A stretch of DNA of 64,000 bases, from IMG/VR virus record IMGVR_UViG_3300026484_000333, positions 19,932 through 83,931 of that record, one strand, 5' to 3'. Shown here piece after piece: positions 58,346 to 64,000 of the stretch. The notes beneath the pieces were generated by a model that searched no databases, had not been told where the DNA came from, and was given only the letters and a program-made list of their open reading frames with translations. This DNA is from a virus. A program made the translations under genes and the position numbers. The stretch's first letter is position 1, and every line of letters starts with the position of its first letter.

Positions 58346-58898
58346 TTATTTCTGAAATTATTTTAAGACATTCTATAGTAAAATCTTCCATTTTTTCGTT
58401 TTTAATTACATAATCAAAAATTAAATTTTCCCATTCTTTTTCACTAATATGTTTATCTTTACTTGGCAAATCTCTTTCTATTTTAATAGCATAATATTCG
58501 TAATCAGAATAATCATCTAATAAACTCTTATATTCATTTTTAAAACGCAAGTCAGGAATAAAAATAATATCATAATCATTTTTATCAATTTCTTTTTTTA
58601 GTGTTTTTACAAAAATATCTTCTCCAAAAACTTCTCTTAAATTCATACCTGTGTCTTGTAATAACTCACGCATTGTTTTATGCCCAACTGTTTTTAAATC
58701 TTTATTTTTCCATTCCTCTATCATATCAAAAGAAAAACCCCATTGTTTTGAAATAAATTTCTTTATGGGATAAGCAAAAGAAAGTTTTTTTACATTTAGC
58801 AAGGGATAATTTTTTAAAAGATAATTTATCATAATATTTGCACAAGTATCCTTACCTGCACCTTTTTTACCGCTAATACTAATAATTATTTTTGGCAT
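58323..58898 (-). CDS. Deoxynucleoside monophosphate kinase
   Basis: GKKGAGKDT, FAYPIK, RELLQ..G, IPDLRFKNE and HISE motifs. Confidence 0.93.
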   Translation of the reverse strand: MPKIIISISGKKGAGKDTCANIMINYLLKNYPLLNVKKLSFAYPIKKFISKQWGFSFDMIEEWKNKDLKTVGHKTMRELLQDTGMNLREVFGEDIFVKTLKKEIDKNDYDIIFIPDLRFKNEYKSLLDDYSDYEYYAIKIERDLPSKDKHISEKEWENLIFDYVIKNEKMEDFTIECLKIISEIIERHRYE

Positions 58899-59722
58899 TA
58901 CAACTCCTTAATTATGTTTTCATATAAATTAGGTTGAAAAGCTTTAATATTATTTAACATTGCTAAAGCAATTTTTTGTATTTCTTCTTGTGCATCTTTT
59001 TTTAGCCTTAAATTAAAGAAATTTACCAAATTATCTTTATCCATCTGCACCCAAAATGTTGTATAAGCTCCAACAGGTTGAACTGCCCTTGCCTGTTCAG
59101 GTTTTAATCCTATTTCCAATGCTTTTTCATAAACAGTAGTTATATAATTGTAAGTATCTTCAAATATTCTCTCAATATTTTGCTTATCCCCATAATCTAA
59201 AGAAGTATAATTTTCCATTTCAGGCATATAAAACTCAAAAGGTACCTTATTATTTTTTACAAACCTACGACTCATTTCTAAAAATGAAGCCCCTCTGTGA
59301 CGCATAAACTGCCTTGCAACAAAAATAGGACATTTAATTTTAAATGTAGCTACTTCACTTGCGTGGTCAAGCATTAATTGCGTTAAAATTTCTTCATTTC
59401 CTTCTGCAATTTGTTCAAACGTAGGTAAATTTTCGTGTCGCAAACTTTCTCTTATTCTATCTTCAAAATAAGCAGGAGTAATAAATTCAAATACGCTTTC
59501 GTGTTTTAATTTTTGTAGTCTTTTATATAATTTTGCAGGGTCTTTTGCTTGTTCATTACCATAACTTAAACTTGCTATTGTAGCAACCATTTCTTCTCTG
59601 CTTTCTTGATTAAAGTTACCAACCCAACCGCTCCACAACTCAACAAAACCGTTTTCCCATTTTGTACCAATATTATAAACAGGTTTTACAAAAGAAACCA
59701 TTTTAAAATATTTATTTTCCAT
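58898..59722 (-). CDS. thyX: Flavin-dependent thymidylate synthase
   Basis: HESVFE, PIFVARQFMRHR..SFLEMSRRF, PEQAR and LRL..DAQEEI motifs. Confidence 0.93.
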   Translation of the reverse strand: MENKYFKMVSFVKPVYNIGTKWENGFVELWSGWVGNFNQESREEMVATIASLSYGNEQAKDPAKLYKRLQKLKHESVFEFITPAYFEDRIRESLRHENLPTFEQIAEGNEEILTQLMLDHASEVATFKIKCPIFVARQFMRHRGASFLEMSRRFVKNNKVPFEFYMPEMENYTSLDYGDKQNIERIFEDTYNYITTVYEKALEIGLKPEQARAVQPVGAYTTFWVQMDKDNLVNFFNLRLKKDAQEEIQKIALAMLNNIKAFQPNLYENIIKEL

Positions 59723-59960
59723 TTGCTTTTCCTTTCAAAAATTTTAATAAATCTTTTTCGAGTTTTTCTTTTGTAGGCTCTTTTCTAACCTTTTTAATCA
59801 TTTTACTGCTTGTATGATGTCTTAAAATGGTTTTTTTCGGCAACTTAAATTCCTTAACTAATCCCTCTGGTATAATCAAATCGTAATAATAAACTTTTTT
59901 CTCCTCCGGCACATACAAAATTGTTCCTTTATAATTTTTATAAGTAGTTTCAATTATCAT
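59712..59960 (-). CDS. Hypothetical protein
   Basis: ORF in operon. Confidence 0.6.
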   Translation of the reverse strand: MIIETTYKNYKGTILYVPEEKKVYYYDLIIPEGLVKEFKLPKKTILRHHTSSKMIKKVRKEPTKEKLEKDLLKFLKGKANGK

Positions 59961-60204
59961 TGCTTTCTCCTTTTAAATTTTTATAAATTTCAACAAACTG
60001 CTCTTTTGCACTTAAAAAATCTTTGTGTTTACTAACTACCACACGTTTATCACCGTTAAATTTTGTTATAAAATACATACTACCATACTGTCCTATTTCA
60101 AATTCTTTCATATTTTTATCTCTTAAAGCTCTACTATACATAGTATTTATGTATTTTTCATTTTTCTTGTTCTTCTTTATTAGTTTTTTAATAAAACCAA
60201 ACAT
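59950..60204 (-). CDS. Hypothetical protein
   Basis: GGAGG RBS. Confidence 0.6.
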   Translation of the reverse strand: MFGFIKKLIKKNKKNEKYINTMYSRALRDKNMKEFEIGQYGSMYFITKFNGDKRVVVSKHKDFLSAKEQFVEIYKNLKGESNDN

Positions 60205-60215
60205 TTGTTCCTCCT

Positions 60216-61463
60216 TTATAAAATTATTCCTGTGTCATCAAAACGCATAAAGTGGAAATTTGTTTCCGCTACATATACGTTTTTCTGTGCGTTTCTTGCT
60301 TTTATTGTAAAAATTCTTGCAACTTTATTATCAAAATCGTCTTTATTTTGATAAATAAACAACAACACAGTAGCACTAAATTCAAGCTCTCTACTGCCTC
60401 TTGTAGTAATAGAAATTTTGTTATCTTTTTCTTTGACTTCAGTTAAATTAACTTGTGTCGGAGCAATTATAACAATTCCAAGTTCCCTTGTCAATCTATG
60501 CAATTTCTTAACAAAACTACTCAAACTTTTCCATTCTTCTTTTGATGTAGGCATTTCTACTAAATTAAGGTAGTCAATGCCAAAAACTTTAAAACCTTCT
60601 TTTGCTCTAATTCTAATTTCTCTTTCTAATTCATAAATATCATAAGGCTGGTCGTTCATATAAAATTTATTTTCCCTATCAAAGAACTCTTTTTTCCATT
60701 GTTTAATTTTTTCAATATAATCGGGATTTCCGTAAACTTCTTTAAAATATTCTTGATTTTCACAACAATACATTCTTGCTATTGTTTCATCGTTACCAAG
60801 CTCTAAATTAAACAAACAAACATTCTCTCCTTGTTTATAAGAATGTAATAATTGTTGAAGAGTAAAAATAGATTTACCTCCTCCAGACAAACCTCCAATA
60901 ATAGAAAGCCCTCCAAGCATTAGATTTTTATCTTTCATTGACTTCATAAAAGGCTCAATTAATTTAATATTAATAGGGTTATAGTCTGCGTCTTTTACAT
61001 CTGTTGCTGATTTCGCAACAATTGAAAGTTCTTCTTCAATTCTTTTAATTAAATTAATAGCGGTCTTGTCTTTTTCTTTTAGTTTATAAACCAATGTTTC
61101 AATATGTTTATCAATAACATTTAGCTGATAACTTTCAATTAAAATTTCTAACAAACCATTTTTATTAACGTCATTAGTATCTATATCTTCAAAACTTTCT
61201 AACAAACTAATATAATTTAATTCGTCTTTTTCCTTAACTTTTAATTTTATATAATCTTTTAACAAATTAAAAGAGGGTAAAAAGCCTTTTTCTTTTTCAA
61301 AGTTATCAATAAAAAAATATATATCTTTTAATCGTGTTATAAACATATCTGGTTTTAATCTGCGAAAAAAAGATAAATCCTTTTTTTTCAAAACATAAGC
61401 TAATGCTGTTCGCTGTGTTGTATTGGTATTAATCATATTGCAACCTTTCAACTTTAATACCAT
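60216..61463 (-). CDS. DnaB-like replicative helicase
   Basis: GLSGGGKS, FNLEL, GIDYLNL, PTQVN, RGSRELE and KARN motifs. Confidence 0.92.
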   Translation of the reverse strand: MVLKLKGCNMINTNTTQRTALAYVLKKKDLSFFRRLKPDMFITRLKDIYFFIDNFEKEKGFLPSFNLLKDYIKLKVKEKDELNYISLLESFEDIDTNDVNKNGLLEILIESYQLNVIDKHIETLVYKLKEKDKTAINLIKRIEEELSIVAKSATDVKDADYNPINIKLIEPFMKSMKDKNLMLGGLSIIGGLSGGGKSIFTLQQLLHSYKQGENVCLFNLELGNDETIARMYCCENQEYFKEVYGNPDYIEKIKQWKKEFFDRENKFYMNDQPYDIYELEREIRIRAKEGFKVFGIDYLNLVEMPTSKEEWKSLSSFVKKLHRLTRELGIVIIAPTQVNLTEVKEKDNKISITTRGSRELEFSATVLLFIYQNKDDFDNKVARIFTIKARNAQKNVYVAETNFHFMRFDDTGIIL

Positions 61464-62109
61464 TTTCTTTTAAAAATTCTAAACCACTTATATCTCTATA
61501 CTCCTCTTTATAAACCACCCTTTTAATCCCTGCTTGTATAATATGTTTGGCACAATTATGACAAGGAGATAAAGTAACATATAAAGTTGTATCTTTTGTC
61601 GGTAAACCGTTTTTAGCACAAAATAAAATCGCATTTAATTCTGCGTGTATTACTATATCGTGATTAGTTTTAAGTTCTTTTTTAACCTCAAAATCACCAA
61701 CAAGTCTATAATTATCTGAATTATCATTTGCAAAATCAATAATTCCAACTTGTTTACCACATTTTGAACAGAATACTTTTTTCTCTTCTTTATTTTCTAT
61801 AAGTTCTGCACTGCAACATTTACTTACCAAAATCTCTTTTTCTTCTTCACAATCAAGTTTTTGTGGAACTTCTATATATCCAAGCCCCCCACAACAATAA
61901 CAATAGCAATTACCTGTAACGCCACTACCGTTACAACAATTGCAAACTTCTTTTATTTTTTTAAAATAACCTGTTGGCGTTCCGTTATAACCAACACTAA
62001 TTATTCTTCCTTCTTTAGCTATAACCGCACCCACTTTTGCTCTAATACACTTACTTTGTTCTGCCCAAACTTCTGCTGTTTTCATCATTGCAATATCATA
62101 TTTTTTCAT
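61429..62109 (-). CDS. dCMP deaminase with Cys-rich insertion
   Basis: SKC.RAKVGAVI..GYNGTP, HAELNAI and TLSPCHNC motifs. Confidence 0.93.
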   Translation of the reverse strand: MKKYDIAMMKTAEVWAEQSKCIRAKVGAVIAKEGRIISVGYNGTPTGYFKKIKEVCNCCNGSGVTGNCYCYCCGGLGYIEVPQKLDCEEEKEILVSKCCSAELIENKEEKKVFCSKCGKQVGIIDFANDNSDNYRLVGDFEVKKELKTNHDIVIHAELNAILFCAKNGLPTKDTTLYVTLSPCHNCAKHIIQAGIKRVVYKEEYRDISGLEFLKENGIKVERLQYD

Positions 62110-62110
62110 T

Positions 62111-63139
62111 TTAACTCCTTTCTAAACTTAATAAAACTTTTTCAATAGCTTTGCCAAAAGTTAAAGTAGAATATTGATTTTTAATGTTTAATAAATTGTT
62201 TATTCTTTTTGGTTGTAAAGCATAAGCTCTCTCTATTCTTGTTTTATCATATTGTAACCCAAAACCACAAACCACACAACCTGTTCTTTTTTCTATTTCA
62301 TAAGCTTTTGAGATTTTAACATTATACTTATTTATATAATCCCAAATATCTTTTTCTGTCCAAAAGTAAATAGGATAAACTTTGTAGTCGTGTTTGTAAC
62401 CATTCTTTAAAATACTTTGAAGTCTTAAACTACTTTCTTCTGTCATTAAACCTACAAAACTAACTTCCTTTGTTTTATTTTGATAAATTTTAAAAGGATT
62501 TTTCTTTAAAACATTACAACAATAATTAGTCAAAACTATTCTATCATTAATTTTTAAACCTAATTCTTTTCGTTTTTTAGTTATAACATCAAAATAATAC
62601 TGTTCTTTTTCTTTTAAAACTTTATACCAACTCTCTTTTTTTACCACTTCTTTTGGCGGATTAAAATAATGTTTTGCAACTTCTTCGTCTAAAAGCCATA
62701 ACCACTTATTTGAAAATTTATACTTATTTTCTCCAAAAAAACTCATATGATAAATACTTTTTAAATGTTTGTTTCCTCTAAATTGTCTCATTATTTCTTT
62801 TTGTAGTTGGCTTATTTCTTTACTAACAAGAGGGTAACCCTCTGTTTTTAAAATTTGACTAAAACTTTTTTTAGGTTTTAACCAAACTACATTTTCTGTT
62901 TCTTTTACAAATTTTATTATTTCCTTATGTTCATTTGTAGTATTAAAAAACACTGCTTTTACTTCAGGATATAAACTTCTAACTAAATGCAAAACTACTG
63001 TACTGTCTTTTCCACCACTAAAACTCACATTTACATTCCCATTATTTTCTTGATAAACCTCTCTTATAATTTGTTTAGATAATTTTATTTTTTCTTCTAA
63101 TGGTAAATTCTTTAATTGTTCTAATTCTTGATATGTCAT
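62111..63139 (-). CDS. PAPS-reductase-family protein
   Basis: VSFSGGKDSTV, CC..LKK.P and RTGCVVCGFG motifs. Confidence 0.9.
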   Translation of the reverse strand: MTYQELEQLKNLPLEEKIKLSKQIIREVYQENNGNVNVSFSGGKDSTVVLHLVRSLYPEVKAVFFNTTNEHKEIIKFVKETENVVWLKPKKSFSQILKTEGYPLVSKEISQLQKEIMRQFRGNKHLKSIYHMSFFGENKYKFSNKWLWLLDEEVAKHYFNPPKEVVKKESWYKVLKEKEQYYFDVITKKRKELGLKINDRIVLTNYCCNVLKKNPFKIYQNKTKEVSFVGLMTEESSLRLQSILKNGYKHDYKVYPIYFWTEKDIWDYINKYNVKISKAYEIEKRTGCVVCGFGLQYDKTRIERAYALQPKRINNLLNIKNQYSTLTFGKAIEKVLLSLERS

Positions 63140-63174
63140 TTTTATTCCTTTAATTTAAACTTAACATAAATTGT

Positions 63175-63639
63175 TTAATCCCCATAATACATTAACTTAA
63201 TTAAATATTCAGCTCTATTTTTTGTTTGTTTATACCATAAACTTTTTTTCATTCTATTGGACGCCCCATGATAATAACCGTGTTTTAAACACCAAATAAA
63301 ATCTTTAAATTTATATAATTTAGGCAACCCTAAATTATAAGCCATATCTAACAAGACTATTTTTCTGCTTACTGAAAGTTTATTATACCAAGTATGTCTT
63401 TTTAATTTACTTTCAATTTTTCTTAATCTAAACTTTAATAAAAATAAAGCTTCTTCTTTTGAAATACCATCATTTAAATTTGTTCCATAACCTATACTAT
63501 AACCATTAGCATCATAATACAAATAACGAGAATAACCTTCATGTTTTTTTATTAATTCAACTGCCTTATCAAAAGCATTTAATTGTTTCCCTTGTAAAAG
63601 TGTCAATGATACTACTAATACGATAAATAAATTCTTCAT
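63175..63639 (-). CDS. Lysozyme (T4-like/GH24) with N-terminal signal sequence
   Basis: HEG..Y.D..GYSIGYG, DMAYNLG and SLWYKQT.NRA motifs. Confidence 0.9.
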   Translation of the reverse strand: MKNLFIVLVVSLTLLQGKQLNAFDKAVELIKKHEGYSRYLYYDANGYSIGYGTNLNDGISKEEALFLLKFRLRKIESKLKRHTWYNKLSVSRKIVLLDMAYNLGLPKLYKFKDFIWCLKHGYYHGASNRMKKSLWYKQTKNRAEYLIKLMYYGD

Positions 63640-64000
63640 TTGTTTCTCCTTTATTAGGTAAAATTAATTCATTATTCCCACCAAATAATATATTTCTATT
63701 AATAGCTTTCCTACAATGTTTAAGTATTTTATTCTCAAGCAACATTGCTTGTCCCCACTCTATAAAAAATACTTCTTTAATAACTTTATATTTCAAGTTT
63801 TTATTTTTAATTTCTCTTCTAAATCTCTTTTCAATACCATATTTTGCAAGTGTAACACCTACTTTATATAAATTAAAATCATATAAATAAATTAAATATA
63901 ATATTGCTGGTTTATTAATGTATTTTTCTCTTAATTTTTCTTGTCCACATAAAGGGCAACCATAGCCAGACAAATGGTCGTGAGCAACTTGTTTAAAAAC
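63569..64000 (-). CDS. Putative homing endonuclease (Zn-ribbon plus GIY-YIG-like domain), 5' end outside the window
   Basis: HLSGYGCPLC then LYLI...YKVGVT...RF...E motifs. Confidence 0.65.
   Translation of the reverse strand, partial: VFKQVAHDHLSGYGCPLCGQEKLREKYINKPAILYLIYLYDFNLYKVGVTLAKYGIEKRFRREIKNKNLKYKVIKEVFFIEWGQAMLLENKILKHCRKAINRNILFGGNNELILPNKGETNEEFIYRISSIIDTFTRETIKCF

Noticed and set aside
61600-61960. Intein in the dCMP deaminase
   Set aside because: The insert lacks the N-terminal C/S block, the terminal His-Asn and LAGLIDADG motifs; it looks like zinc fingers.
1-64000. tRNA genes, integrase/att site, alternative genetic code
   Set aside because: No cloverleaf/T-loop signature or recombinase motif seen; genes are full length in code 11 with all three stop codons in use.

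Overview
The window is a 64-kb piece of a very AT-rich, tailed dsDNA phage with siphovirus-type morphogenesis genes; no integrase, tRNA or CRISPR array was seen. A Campylobacterota-like host is inferred from TTATTCACA DnaA boxes, sigma28-like promoter cores and base composition. Positions 1-34 kb are mostly the minus-strand virion module (tail, tape measure, tail tube, capsid, protease, portal, TerL/TerS, fibres, holins and spanins), and nearly every transcription unit there is preceded by a CYGATATA motif. Positions 34.4-41.2 kb are a plus-strand operon headed by a Rep/primase-like gene. Positions 41.2-41.9 kb are an origin-like non-coding region. Positions 41.9-45.2 kb are a 7-gene early operon with a distinctive RBS. 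Positions 45.7-64 kb carry replication and nucleotide genes (ligase, primase, GGDEF protein, polA split by a 289-nt group I intron, helicases, thyX, dCMP deaminase, PAPS-reductase-like protein, lysozyme). The best candidate for an undescribed system is RNA-based translational control by RBS class. A sigma70-driven structured sRNA (~45520-45617, minus) carries three UUGUGCCUCC anti-Shine-Dalgarno motifs complementary to the GGAGGUACAA RBS shared by the adjacent early operon. A second, late-promoter-driven RNA (~20550-20725, minus) has three covarying 27-nt hairpins plus a tail antisense to a different RBS class and to the start of the Rep-like gene. All protein calls come from motif recognition and synteny, not database searches.
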